Of a stretch of DNA of 64,000 nucleotides, positions 1 through 9,547 are shown one piece after another. Positions within the stretch are counted from its first letter, which is position 1. Every line of letters starts with the position of its first letter. The stretch lies in assembly GCA_038209995.1 (NCBI GenBank), contig JBBQXD010000010.1, forward strand, positions 10,245-74,244. Reading direction: 5' to 3'. The translations under genes were made by a program, and so were the position numbers. Source of the stretch: Candidatus Limnocylindria bacterium. Its GTDB lineage: Bacteria; Chloroflexota; Limnocylindria; QHBO01. Below the pieces are notes generated by a model that saw only the letters and a list, made by a program, of their open reading frames with translations, had not been told where the DNA came from and ran no database searches.

Positions 1-726
1 CGCACCCCGCTCGACTTCACGTTCGACATCAAGGCCCACGCCCTGATGACCGGGCAGCCGTCGGAGGTGTCACGGCTGCCGAAGGATCTGCGCGAGTCAC
101 TGCCGCCCGAGATCCTGGACAAGAAGCGCGTCTACGCCCGCGACCTGCCCAACGAGATCGAGGACGAGATCTGGGCTCGCTTCCTCGACGGCATCACGCC
201 GCTCCACTCGGCGGGCAAGCTCGGTGCGGTCTTCCTCCAGTATCCGCGCTGGTTCTTCCCGACCTCGGCGTCGCGCGAGGAGATCCTCAAGGCGCAGAAG
301 CGGCTGCGCGACGTGCCCTTTGCGGTCGAGCTGCGCCATGCGTCGTGGTTCAACGAAAAGAACATCGAGCGCACGGTCGCCTTCCTCGAGGATCATGAGA
401 TCCCCTTCGTCATGGTCGACGCGCCACCCGGCACGAAGTCGTCGCTGCCGCCGATGACGCTCGTCACCTCGCCGAAGCTCGCCGTGGTCCGCTTCCACGG
501 CCGCCGCACCGAGACGTGGGAGGCGACCGGCATCCCGGTCGTCGAGCGCTTCCGCTACCTCTACGACGAGGCAGAGCTGGGGGAGTGGGTGCCGCGCATC
601 CGCGACGCGGCGGCGCAGGTGCCGGAGGTGCACATCCTCATGAACAACTGCTACGCGAACTACGGGACCACGAACGCGCGCGAGATCGCGGACCTGCTCG
701 CCGGCGACCTGCCCCGCGCCGAGTGA
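1..726 (+). CDS. DUF72 domain protein (5'-truncated by window edge)
   Basis: Frame is open from base 1 (RTPLDFTFDIKAH...); motifs LGAVFLQYP, AVELRHASW, VVRFHGR, RFRYLY and HILMNN are typical of DUF72. Confidence 0.9.
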   Translation, partial: RTPLDFTFDIKAHALMTGQPSEVSRLPKDLRESLPPEILDKKRVYARDLPNEIEDEIWARFLDGITPLHSAGKLGAVFLQYPRWFFPTSASREEILKAQKRLRDVPFAVELRHASWFNEKNIERTVAFLEDHEIPFVMVDAPPGTKSSLPPMTLVTSPKLAVVRFHGRRTETWEATGIPVVERFRYLYDEAELGEWVPRIRDAAAQVPEVHILMNNCYANYGTTNAREIADLLAGDLPRAE

Positions 727-760
727 TCCATCGCGACGGCGATCACCGCGCCGCCCACCA

Positions 761-950
761 ATCGTGCCATTCCTTCGTGGCACGCACGGTATCGGTCCAA
801 CCGACGCCTGACCGTGCCGAATTTGACTCAGGGGTTCCGTTAGGCCAGCCGGGCGGTGCGTCGGCACTGTCGTTCGTGCTCATGCGGAGCCTGCGACGAT
901 CCCCAGACTGCCGTTTGCGCTGCCTAACGTTCGTGGGACGCAGATTTGGC
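761..950. repeat. Intergenic repeat cluster (two 50-bp-period units plus an inverted copy), homologous to 36009-36216
   Basis: CGCACGGTA at 783 and ATTTG-N7-GGTTCCGTTAGG at 821-844; inverted copy at 908-950; same motifs and spacings as at 36.0-36.2 kb. Confidence 0.7.
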
Positions 951-993
951 AGCTACCCGGTGTTGGCGCTTGGACGCAGGGCGGGCGACGGAC

Positions 994-2067
994 CTACGCC
1001 ACCCAGGGCAGCCGGATAGGCAGGATCGCGTTGAGCACCAGGCCAACGATGAGCAGCGCCCCGGCGCGCCGGGTGTGGACGAACGCCGCACCGACGAACC
1101 AGAGCGGCCAGCCGACGTAGGAGTGCGGCGGCACCTCGGGCCGCGGGACGTTGAAGACGCGCAGCACCTGGATCAGGCGCGGGATGCCGAGCACCACGAG
1201 CGCCACCCACGGACCGATGAAGCCGACGAGCGCCGCGCCCAGCACGATCGGGTAGAAGGCGATCATCAGCGCCTGGGCAACCCGGCGCGCCGCCGAGTCG
1301 CCGAGGATCACCGGCAGCGTGTGGATGCCCTTCGCCGCATCGGCAGTGATCTTGTCGATGTGCTTCCCAAACAGGACGGTGGTCACGAGGATCGCGTATG
1401 GCAGCGAGGCGAGCCACACCCAGCCGGGCAGCTGGCCAGTGGCGACGAAGAACGTCCCCGCCACCATCAGCGGGCCCCACACCACGAAGACGCCGGGCTC
1501 GCCGAGGCCGATGTGCTTGAGCCGGATCGGCGGCGCCACGTAGAAGACCGACACGAACAGCCCGCCGAGCGCAAAGAGGATGACGAGCGGCCCGCGCTGC
1601 GAGGCCAGGAACAGCATGAGCGCCAGGTCGACCGCGTTGGCGAGCAGGATCGCGGCCGCGAGCTGCCGCCTCGTCACCCAGCCGGAGAGGATGGGGTGCG
1701 GCGCGTACTGGGCGCGGACGTAGTCATCGGTGTCGACGCCGCCGGAGAGGTCGAAGAAGTCGTTGATCATGTTGTTCGCCGCGTGGGCGACGACGAGACC
1801 GATGACCGCGAGCGCCAGGAAGAGCCAGTTGATGCGCACCGAGCCTGTCAGGCGTGCCTCGCCGATGGCCAGCAGCCCCCCGATGAGGCCCGAGGTGGCG
1901 GTCATGCTGAACACCGCCGCGCGGGTGATCACCAGCCACTTGCTGATCGCGTCCGGCGGCCGCGCCATGCCCTCCGGCAGGTTGGCGGTGTTGATCACGG
2001 TGCGCCACACGGCGAACCGCTGGCCCAGGGTCAGATCGCTGTCGGCAAGCGCCGTCTCGCTGCTCAT
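994..2067 (-). CDS. menA: UbiA-family prenyltransferase, MenA (DHNA octaprenyltransferase)-like
   Basis: HAANNMINDFFDLSGGVD, YVAPPIRLKHIGLGE and HIDKITADAAKGIHTL motifs; multiple TM helices. Confidence 0.75.
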   Translation of the reverse strand: MSSETALADSDLTLGQRFAVWRTVINTANLPEGMARPPDAISKWLVITRAAVFSMTATSGLIGGLLAIGEARLTGSVRINWLFLALAVIGLVVAHAANNMINDFFDLSGGVDTDDYVRAQYAPHPILSGWVTRRQLAAAILLANAVDLALMLFLASQRGPLVILFALGGLFVSVFYVAPPIRLKHIGLGEPGVFVVWGPLMVAGTFFVATGQLPGWVWLASLPYAILVTTVLFGKHIDKITADAAKGIHTLPVILGDSAARRVAQALMIAFYPIVLGAALVGFIGPWVALVVLGIPRLIQVLRVFNVPRPEVPPHSYVGWPLWFVGAAFVHTRRAGALLIVGLVLNAILPIRLPWVA

Positions 2068-2189
2068 GCGCTCATTGTCCGTTACCAGGACTCACGACGC
2101 CATGCGGGGGGTGTTGCGCGGATGCGCCAATGCGTAGTATTCGGCGACGGTCCGCGGACCGCGGGCCACATGCCATCGAAGGAGACGCC

Positions 2190-3719
2190 GTGAGTGCTAC
2201 CACCCCGAGCCTGCGCGAGCCCTCGGCGGGACTGGCGCGCAACGCCATCGGTCTGCCCGAGGTGCTGTTCCAATCGATCACGCATATGGCGCCGGCCGTG
2301 GCGACCGCCCTCTCGATCGGGGCGGCGACCTCGTTCGCGGGTGGCATCACGCCGCTCGCGGTGCTCCTCGCCATGATCGCCGTGCTGTTCACGGCGTTCT
2401 CGATGGCCGAGCTCGCCCGACATCTCCCGTCGGCCGGGGGGATGTACACCTATGTCGGACGCGGCCTCGGCTCGTTCTTCGGCTGGCTCGTCGCGTGGAG
2501 CTTCGCGCTCGCGGAGCCGCTCGTGATGCCACTTCTGCTGGGCGGCTTCGGCTTCTACGGCGCGATCTTCTTGTCGGCCTACCTTCACATTGACATCGCG
2601 AACGCGTGGATCGGCCTGGCCGTCCTGTGCGGGCTCGCCGTCTGGTGGCTGAACTACCGCGGCATCGGGCTCTCGACCCGCACCGGCCTGGTGTTGGGGC
2701 TGATCGAGATCGTGATCTTCATGCTCATCTCGATCCTGCTCATCGTCAATGCCGACCGCAACACGTTGAGCGTCTTCGTCCCGGGCGCCGACGGCGTGAA
2801 GCCGGCCTTCCAGGGGATGATCTTCTGCTTGCTGGCCTTCATCGGCTTCGAGGCCGCGGCTCCTCTCGGCGAGGAGACGACCGAACCGCGCCGCACGATC
2901 CCGCGCGCGGTGATCTGGTCCGCGGTCCTCGTCGGCCTGTTCTACGTCTTCAACTACTACGCGGCGACGGTCTTCTTCGGCCCAGATCGCATGACCGACT
3001 TCTACACGTTCAACGGTGGCGATCCCTGGGGCTTCATGGCCGAGCAGGTGCTCCCCGGGATCGGCGGCATCCTCGTGGTGTTCGCGATCCTGAACAGCTC
3101 GCTGGCCAATGCAAATGCCGGAGCGACGGCAGCGACGCGATCGCTCTTCGCGATGGGCCGTGCATCCCTCCTGCCGCGCTTCTTCGCGGCCGTTCATCCG
3201 AAGACCCGCGCCCCCGTGAACGCGGTGCACTTCCAGTCCGTGACAGCGCTGGTCATCGCGGTCGTGCTCGGGATCGTCCTTGCCAACGACCCATTCCCGA
3301 CCCCCGAGGGGGCGGGGAGCTTCGGAGGGCTCAACGTCTACGTCTTCCTGGGAACGCTGCTGGGGCTGGTCTTCGTGGGTATCTACATCCTGGTGAACCT
3401 GGCCTGCATCGGCTACTTCTGGCGTGAGCGACGCGACGAGTTCAACGTCGTCAAGCACCTCATCGTGCCGGTCCTCGGCGTGGTGGCGATGATCCCGGCG
3501 GCGCTGGCGGTGATCGGCGGGGTGACGATCCCGATCCTCGACGTCGCGCTCCCGGCGTACGAGACCTCCCTGAAATGGACCGCGCCGATCGTGGGCGTCT
3601 GGACGGTGCTCGGGATCATCATCTACTTCGTGCTTCGCGCGCGAGGTGATGGCGCTCTCGAGCGGGTGGGCGAGGTCTATGGCGGAGAGACGACGACGGA
3701 CGACCAGGCGTCGTTCTAG
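2190..3719 (+). CDS. APC-family amino acid/amine permease
   Basis: GTG start after GGAG; MAELARHLPSAGGMYTY and FIGFEAAAPLGEE motifs; about 12 TM helices. Confidence 0.9.
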   Translation: MSATTPSLREPSAGLARNAIGLPEVLFQSITHMAPAVATALSIGAATSFAGGITPLAVLLAMIAVLFTAFSMAELARHLPSAGGMYTYVGRGLGSFFGWLVAWSFALAEPLVMPLLLGGFGFYGAIFLSAYLHIDIANAWIGLAVLCGLAVWWLNYRGIGLSTRTGLVLGLIEIVIFMLISILLIVNADRNTLSVFVPGADGVKPAFQGMIFCLLAFIGFEAAAPLGEETTEPRRTIPRAVIWSAVLVGLFYVFNYYAATVFFGPDRMTDFYTFNGGDPWGFMAEQVLPGIGGILVVFAILNSSLANANAGATAATRSLFAMGRASLLPRFFAAVHPKTRAPVNAVHFQSVTALVIAVVLGIVLANDPFPTPEGAGSFGGLNVYVFLGTLLGLVFVGIYILVNLACIGYFWRERRDEFNVVKHLIVPVLGVVAMIPAALAVIGGVTIPILDVALPAYETSLKWTAPIVGVWTVLGIIIYFVLRARGDGALERVGEVYGGETTTDDQASF

Positions 3720-3726
3720 GCCGATG

Positions 3727-3754
3727 GATGGGCCGGCGGGAACGCCGGCCCATC
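3727..3754. terminator. GC-rich hairpin between convergent genes (probable bidirectional terminator)
   Basis: GATGGGCCGGCG-GGAA-CGCCGGCCCATC, a perfect 12-bp stem. Confidence 0.65.
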
Positions 3755-3762
3755 GGTCTGAG

Positions 3763-4704
3763 TCAGTCGAAGATGCCCAGCGGGCAGTGGGCGGTGACGA
3801 CGAAGTTCGGAACGTCGACGATCTCGCTGATTCGCAGGTCGACGGCCACGCTGCACAGCAGGTAGGCGCGCATCGCGTCGAGACCGTGCTCGCGGCCGAG
3901 CCACTTGATCATGCGCCGCAGCGCGTCGCGTGAGGCGGTCATGAGGTCGGGGCCGATGCCGTCAGTGGCGTAGCGCGGGCCGTTGTGCAGCGCCGCGTGC
4001 GGGTCGGCCGCGGCGACGAACTCGGGGCCGGTCACGTGGACGTCCTTGCGGACGGTCAGCCGCACCAGGGCGCGCATCGGCGTCTCGATGGCGGTGCCGC
4101 TCACCTCTCCGTCGCCCTGGGTCGCGTGCCCGTCGCCGATCGAGAAGCGCGCGCCCGGCACGAACACCGGCAGGAACAGCGTGGAGCCGGCGATGAGGTG
4201 CCGAGTGTCCATGTTGCCGCCATGGAGGTCGGGCGGGATCGTCGAGCGCGGCCCATCCACGGGCGCCACGCCGACCTCGCCGCAGAACGGCGCCAGCGGG
4301 ACGCGGATGCCGGGCCAGAACTCCGCGTGCTGCGCACCGGGCTGCAGCCGGGTGATCTTGAGATGCCCGTCGGGAAACTCGTCGGCGAGGAGGCCGAAGC
4401 CGGGGATCGAGGCGGTCCAGCCCCAATCGGCCGGAGTGAAGTCGAGGAGGTCGACCTGGAGCGAGTCGCCGGGCTCGGCGCCCGCCACCTCGACCGGCCC
4501 CGTGACCTGGTCGACGCGCTCGAAGTCGAGCGACTCCAGCGACGCGGTGTCCGAATCGGCCGTGATCTGGCCGTTGGAGGCGTCGAGACAATCAAACGCG
4601 ACGACCTCCCCGGAGCCGACGCTCGCCACCGGCAGAATCGCGGGATCCCAGGCGAGGTGGTTCTGCTGGCGTGCGACCGTGATGCTCGGGCTCGGGAGCG
4701 CCAT
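3763..4704 (-). CDS. Acetamidase/formamidase family protein
   Basis: VTGPVEVAGAEPGD, HGGNMD and GDGHATQGDGEVSGTAIE motifs. Confidence 0.92.
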   Translation of the reverse strand: MALPSPSITVARQQNHLAWDPAILPVASVGSGEVVAFDCLDASNGQITADSDTASLESLDFERVDQVTGPVEVAGAEPGDSLQVDLLDFTPADWGWTASIPGFGLLADEFPDGHLKITRLQPGAQHAEFWPGIRVPLAPFCGEVGVAPVDGPRSTIPPDLHGGNMDTRHLIAGSTLFLPVFVPGARFSIGDGHATQGDGEVSGTAIETPMRALVRLTVRKDVHVTGPEFVAAADPHAALHNGPRYATDGIGPDLMTASRDALRRMIKWLGREHGLDAMRAYLLCSVAVDLRISEIVDVPNFVVTAHCPLGIFD

Positions 4705-4752
4705 GCGGCGCATTGTCGCACCCGACGTGCTGGATGCGATGCGGAGTCCCGT

Positions 4753-5256
4753 TCAGGCGGCGGCGGGACGGAGCAGGCGCTGGAGGCCGACCGTCGCCAC
4801 GCCCCCGGCGAGGCCCAGCACCACGGCCGCCACCCGCAGCTCCGGCGCGATGACCAGCCCAAGGGCGGCATCGATGGCGACCGCGCCCGGCCCGGCCAGC
4901 ACGAGCGTGACAATCGCCGCGAGGAGGCTGAGGGCGAACTCGTAGCCGCCGTCTCGATTCCAGAAGCCCTTCGCGAGATGCGCCGAGCCGATGATGACGA
5001 CCACCTGGCCGATGAGCAGCAGCCCCACGAGCGGCGTCAACAGGCCCACGACGAGCAGCGCACCGGCAAGCTCCGCCGCGATCGAGGCGGCGGCGAAGAG
5101 CGGCGCCGGCCGAAATCCCATCCTCGCGATGGCTGCCGTCCAGCCGCCCGGGCCCGGGCCACCCCACCACCCGAAGGCCTTCTGCGCGCCGTGCGCGAAC
5201 AGCGTGCCGCCCACGACGACCCGCAGGATGAGGAGCCCAACGTCCAGCGGGGCCAC
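4753..5256 (-). CDS. DoxX family membrane protein
   Basis: GLLILRVVVGGTLFAHGAQKAFGWWGG ... GGYEF; GTG start after GGAGG. Confidence 0.88.
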   Translation of the reverse strand: MAPLDVGLLILRVVVGGTLFAHGAQKAFGWWGGPGPGGWTAAIARMGFRPAPLFAAASIAAELAGALLVVGLLTPLVGLLLIGQVVVIIGSAHLAKGFWNRDGGYEFALSLLAAIVTLVLAGPGAVAIDAALGLVIAPELRVAAVVLGLAGGVATVGLQRLLRPAAA

Positions 5257-5258
5257 GG

Positions 5259-5996
5259 TCAGATCCTCCCCGCCCAGATGCCGACCGCCTCGAACTGCAT
5301 TGGGACGTCGACGAGGATGAGCTCGCTCGCATCGCAGGCCCGGATGCGCAGCTCCGCCTGCTCGGTGACCTTCGCGGCGTCGCCGGCGGAGACGTCGTCG
5401 TCGTCGAACATCGCCTCGCCCGCAATGAGGTACGCGTAGACCCCGCGACCTGGGCCAATGGCGTGCACGACTTCGGCCCCGGGCTCGAGCGAGGCGACAT
5501 GGACCGATGCGTCCTGGTGGACCTTCACCGCGTCGCCCCCCCACGGACCGATGATCTCGAGCCATCGGTTCGCGCGGTCCGCCTTCGTGAAGATGCGCTG
5601 CTCGACCTCGGGCGGCAGGCCCGCGGTGTCGGGGAGGATCCACATCTGGATGAAGCGCATCGGCTCGTCCAAGCTCGCATTGAGCTCGGAGTGCAGGGCC
5701 CCCGACCCGAGGGTCATGCGCTGCGCGGAGCCGGCGGGCAACGGCCCGAAGGCGCCGCCGACGTTATCCTGGTGCCCGAAGCTGCCCTCCACGACGTACG
5801 TCAGGCCTTCCACGTCGCGGTGTGGATGGAGCGGCCACACCGCGCCGGGGATGAGGCGATCGTCATTGAAGACGCGCATGGCGCCGAAGCCATCGTTCTC
5901 CGGGTCGCGATAGCTGTCGAAGCTGAAATGCCAGCGGGCGCGGAACCAGCCGCCACTGGTGTCGTGGATGTCGGCGTCGCGACGGATCGTCTTCAC
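5259..5996 (-). CDS. Pirin family protein (YhhW-like)
   Basis: HFSFDSY, RVFNDD, HPHRDVE, HSELN and FIQMWILP motifs. Confidence 0.92.
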   Translation of the reverse strand: MKTIRRDADIHDTSGGWFRARWHFSFDSYRDPENDGFGAMRVFNDDRLIPGAVWPLHPHRDVEGLTYVVEGSFGHQDNVGGAFGPLPAGSAQRMTLGSGALHSELNASLDEPMRFIQMWILPDTAGLPPEVEQRIFTKADRANRWLEIIGPWGGDAVKVHQDASVHVASLEPGAEVVHAIGPGRGVYAYLIAGEAMFDDDDVSAGDAAKVTEQAELRIRACDASELILVDVPMQFEAVGIWAGRI

Positions 5997-6160
5997 GCTT
6001 CCGCTTCCTGCACGTTCCCGTCCTCGGATGGCGGCGCCCAGGTGCGATCTCAGGCAGGCACGCTTCGCCGCGCGCCACAGGAGCAGGCCTGGTCCAGCAG
6101 CGGCCGGTCATCGGCGCAGCGGAAGCCTTCGACCACCCACCGATGGCGATGCTCGGTCAT
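5993..6160 (-). other. Small coupled ORF (55 codons; HxH...CxC) with an internal TGA at 6050-6052
   Basis: ATGA overlap with the upstream pirin stop; read-through ends in a GTGA overlap with the downstream pirin start. Confidence 0.5.
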
Positions 6161-7170
6161 GACCCTGGCGTGGCGTCCCCGGCGGGCTGCGATTCGGTGA
6201 GCGTGGTTGGGGCGTTGTGGACCGCGGGGATGCTGCCCAGGCGGCCGGCCTGGAAGTCCTCGAAGGCCTGGATCACCTCGGCCCGCGTGTTCATGACGAA
6301 CGGCCCGGCCCAGGCGACTGGCTCGCGGATCGGGCGGCCGCCCAGGATGAGGAGGTCGAGGTTCGGTGAGCGGCTCTCCTGGCGCGGCGCCGCGGCGGCC
6401 TCGAGGACGTTGCCGGGCCCAAAGACCGCGAGCTGTCCCGTCTGCACCGGAGTCCGCTCGGCGCCAACGGTGCCGAAGCCGGCGAGGACGTAGACGAGGG
6501 CGTTGTAGTCGGCGCGCCAGGGAAGGGTCAGCGCCGCCTCGGGGCTCAGCGTGGCGTGGACGAGGGTCATCGGCGTGTAGGTCGAGCCCGGGCCGGCGTG
6601 GCCCGCCACCTCGCCGGCGATGACGCGGACGAGGGCGCCGCCATCGGCCGATGCGAGGAGGCTCACCTCGCGGGCTCGGATGTCCTGGTAGCGGGGCGGC
6701 GACCACTTCTGCGCGGCGGGCAGGTTGACCCACAGCTGGATGCCGTGGAAGAGGCCACCTGAGATGACGAGCGCCTCCGGGGGCTTCTCGATGTGGAGGA
6801 TCCCGGCGCCGGCCGTCATCCACTGCGTGTCGCCGTTCGTGATCGTGCCGCCACCGCCGTTGCTGTCGTTGTGCTCGAACGTGCCATCCATCATGTAGGT
6901 GACGGTCTCGAAGCCGCGGTGCGGATGCCACGGCGTGCCCTTCGGCTCGCCGGGTGCGTACTCGACCTCGCCCATCTGGTCGAGGTGGATGAACGGGTCG
7001 AGGTCGGCGAGGTCGACGCCGGCGAAGGCGCGGCGCACCGGGAAGCCCTCGCCCTCGTACCCCTTGGGGGCGGTGGTCACGCCCTTTACGACGCGCGGCC
7101 GGGAGGTGAGGGGATCCGCCTCCGCGATGCGCGGCAGGACGGTGATGTCGTCGACGGTGATGGCCGGCAT
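6157..7170 (-). CDS. Pirin family protein
   Basis: DPFIHLDQMG, WHPHRGFETVTY, WMTAGAGILHIE and GPFVMNT motifs. Confidence 0.93.
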   Translation of the reverse strand: MPAITVDDITVLPRIAEADPLTSRPRVVKGVTTAPKGYEGEGFPVRRAFAGVDLADLDPFIHLDQMGEVEYAPGEPKGTPWHPHRGFETVTYMMDGTFEHNDSNGGGGTITNGDTQWMTAGAGILHIEKPPEALVISGGLFHGIQLWVNLPAAQKWSPPRYQDIRAREVSLLASADGGALVRVIAGEVAGHAGPGSTYTPMTLVHATLSPEAALTLPWRADYNALVYVLAGFGTVGAERTPVQTGQLAVFGPGNVLEAAAAPRQESRSPNLDLLILGGRPIREPVAWAGPFVMNTRAEVIQAFEDFQAGRLGSIPAVHNAPTTLTESQPAGDATPGS

Positions 7171-7201
7171 GACGGTGAGCTCTCCTTGTCTGCCGTACAG
7201 C

Positions 7202-7825
7202 CTAGAAGCCGACGGCCTCGGGCACCAGCACGACGGTGATGCGGCCGCGCCCGCCCGCGTGGAGGACGAGGGTCTGGTTGATCGAGGCGCCCATCCCGTA
7301 GGCGGCCTCGGCACGCGCGTACTCCAGCGGGAAGACCGTCTCGGTCAGCCGTCGGAAGGCGGCGTCGAGGTCGCGAACGACCTTCTGGGCACCGATGACG
7401 AGGATGACCCGTCCGGCGCCACTGGCGATCGGTCCGATCTGGCTGCCGGATCCAGAGGCGAGGAGGATGCGCCCGTCCTCGGTGACGGCGGCGGCGCTGG
7501 CGAGCATGACGTCGGGCGCTGCACCGAGCCGTCGGATCTCGTCGCCCTGCGTGGCGCGGTCCATCGTGCCGATGAGCGGCCGAACGGCGGTGACGTCGTC
7601 GGAGCCCTCGATGGTCTCGGTGATGCCGAGCGCGGCAAGGGTCGCGGAAGCGCCGGTGTGGACGGACGCGCCCGCCGGGAGCATCTCGAGGACGATGCAC
7701 CGCGCGTCGGCGGCCGAGGATGGAGTGACGACGCCGAAGCCACGGGCGCGCAGCGCCTCGGCGGCGAGGGTCGCCGGGGTGGTGGTCCGTACGACTGGAG
7801 AGGAGATGGAAAGGGTGGCGGTCAT
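7202..7825 (-). CDS. LUD (lactate utilization C-like) domain protein
   Basis: AVTEDGRILLASGSGSQ, VIGAQKVVRDL and C-terminal VVLVPEAVGF. Confidence 0.82.
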   Translation of the reverse strand: MTATLSISSPVVRTTTPATLAAEALRARGFGVVTPSSAADARCIVLEMLPAGASVHTGASATLAALGITETIEGSDDVTAVRPLIGTMDRATQGDEIRRLGAAPDVMLASAAAVTEDGRILLASGSGSQIGPIASGAGRVILVIGAQKVVRDLDAAFRRLTETVFPLEYARAEAAYGMGASINQTLVLHAGGRGRITVVLVPEAVGF

Positions 7826-7856
7826 GTGGGGGTGTTGTTTCCGAGCCGAGCGAGTT

Positions 7857-7900
7857 GTTGCTGACGCAACTATAGACCACTTCGTTGCGTTGTCAACTAT
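7857..7900 (-). promoter_or_regulatory. sigma70-type promoter (TTGACA-16-TATAGT) overlapped by two GTTG-N6-CAAC palindromes
   Basis: Minus strand -35 at 7891-7896 and -10 at 7869-7874; palindromes at 7857-7870 and 7884-7897. Confidence 0.7.
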
Positions 7901-8077
7901 CTCATCCTGCAGCCCAGCCGGCGGCCCTCACATTGGCCCCGCCGCTGGCATGCTGCCGAGTCACCATCCGCGGCGCCACGAGGCGCGCGTCGGCGGCGAG
8001 ACGCCGATGAGCGGCGCCGACTCTGCGAGCCATCGGTCCAGCGCTACGCTACCGGCACGCATGGAGGAACCCGGCCT

Positions 8078-8327
8078 GTGACCGATGCCGACCACGGAGT
8101 GATCCTCAAGGCCTTTGCCCATCCGGACGAGCTGCGCGAGATGCCGCTCGGCCGCTTCGAGCTCGCCACGCTCGTCGGGCAGACGATCGGCCGCGCGACC
8201 TACGCGCCGGGCTGGAAATGGTCCGAGCATGTCAGTCGAGCGCTCGGGCTGGGTAGTCGGCGACGAGCCGTACGTCTCGCTCGACCTGGTCGGCGCGCAG
8301 CATTACGCGAGCGACGACCGCGCCTGA
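8078..8327 (+). pseudogene. Cupin domain gene with internal deletion/frameshift
   Basis: N-terminal IGRATYAPGWKWSEHV in one frame and C-terminal WVVGDEPYVSL in another; the central His-containing segment is missing. Confidence 0.7.
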
Positions 8328-8338
8328 CCGATGAGCCG

Positions 8339-8731
8339 ATGAAGCTCGAGCAGCTCGACTATCTCTACCTCCCCAGCGCAGACGTCGCGGCCGACATGGC
8401 GTCGCTGGTCGATGCCTTCGGCGCGCGGGTCGCGTTCGCGATCGAGGGGATGGGCACCCGGGTGGCGATGCTCGAGCTCGGCCACGACTCGCCGCGGCTC
8501 CTCCTGGCGGGACATCTCCACGGGGAGCGGCCCGTGCTCGTCTACCGCGTCGCGGACCTCGAGGCCTCGCTCACCGACGCAGCCGCCGACGGCTGGGTGC
8601 TCGAAGCGCGGCTCGAGCTTCCGCCGGGCCCGTGCGCCACGTTCCGGTCGAGTGGCGGGCAGCGGATCGCGGTCTACGAGGCGACGCGGCCCGGCGTCGT
8701 CGACGGCTTCATGGGGCGCCGCGACTTCTAG
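8339..8731 (+). CDS. VOC/glyoxalase family protein
   Basis: LDYLYLPSADV...LVYRVADLE...GPCATFRSSGGQRIAVYE beta-alpha-beta pattern. Confidence 0.75.
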   Translation: MKLEQLDYLYLPSADVAADMASLVDAFGARVAFAIEGMGTRVAMLELGHDSPRLLLAGHLHGERPVLVYRVADLEASLTDAAADGWVLEARLELPPGPCATFRSSGGQRIAVYEATRPGVVDGFMGRRDF

Positions 8732-8737
8732 GGGAGC

Positions 8738-9547
8738 TCACGCCGAGCGGGCCTGCGCGATGAGGTCGGCGGCGTGGCTGATCGGGACGGCGAAGCCGAT
8801 CCCCTCCGCGTTGCCGGCGACCGCGGTGTTGATGCCGACGACGTTGCCCACCAGGTCGAGGAGCGGCCCGCCCGAGTTGCCCGGGTTGATCGCCGCGTCG
8901 TGCTGGAGCATCCCGGTCAGCATCTCGGAACCCTGTGCCGCGTCGCCGGCGGTGAGCTTGCGGTTCACGCCGCTGATGATCCCGGTCGTCACCGTCTGCG
9001 CGTACTCGCCGAGCGGCGTCCCGATGGCGATCACCGATTCGCCGACCTGCGCGTCCGCGCTCGCCAGCGAGAGGGCCGGCAGGCCGCTGGCGTCGACCTT
9101 GACGATCGCCAGGTCGAGGCTCGGATCTGTGCCCAGCACGGTGCCGTCATACGTGGTGCCGTCGGCCAGGATGACCTTCACCGCGGTCGCCCCGTCGACG
9201 ACGTGGTTGTTGGTGAGGATCAGGCCGTTCGGCCCGTAGATGAAGCCGGACCCGGAGCCGGTGCCACGCTGCCCGAACGGGCCCTGGATGGCCGATTGGA
9301 TGGTGACTACCGAGGGAAGCGCGTCCTTGACGACCTTGACGACAGATGCCTCGGTCGTGGTCGAGTCGACGCTGACGGTCGTGGCCCCCGCCGGCGAGCC
9401 GGTCGCGGTCGATGCCACCGGGGCGCCGTTCATGATCACCGCCGCGATCCCGCCGCCGGCGACCCCGCCGGCCAGGATGGCTCCGGTGAGGATCGCCGCC
9501 ACCGCGGGGAGTCGCCGCGGCGCGGTCGGAGTCTGCTGCGTGTCCAT
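8738..9547 (-). CDS. Trypsin-like (HtrA/DegP-type) serine protease, membrane-anchored, no PDZ domain
   Basis: LTNNHVV, LDLAIVK and AINPGNSGGPL catalytic triad motifs; N-terminal TM helix. Confidence 0.9.
   Translation of the reverse strand: MDTQQTPTAPRRLPAVAAILTGAILAGGVAGGGIAAVIMNGAPVASTATGSPAGATTVSVDSTTTEASVVKVVKDALPSVVTIQSAIQGPFGQRGTGSGSGFIYGPNGLILTNNHVVDGATAVKVILADGTTYDGTVLGTDPSLDLAIVKVDASGLPALSLASADAQVGESVIAIGTPLGEYAQTVTTGIISGVNRKLTAGDAAQGSEMLTGMLQHDAAINPGNSGGPLLDLVGNVVGINTAVAGNAEGIGFAVPISHAADLIAQARSA

Noticed and set aside
6050-6052. Selenocysteine at the internal TGA
   Set aside because: No convincing SECIS hairpin by eye and no redox-motif context; a nonsense change is simpler
8078-8731. 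217-aa ORF as a cupin-VOC fusion
   Set aside because: The joint arises from the cupin deletion/frameshift; the cupin C-terminus is in another frame and the VOC gene has its own ATG at 8339
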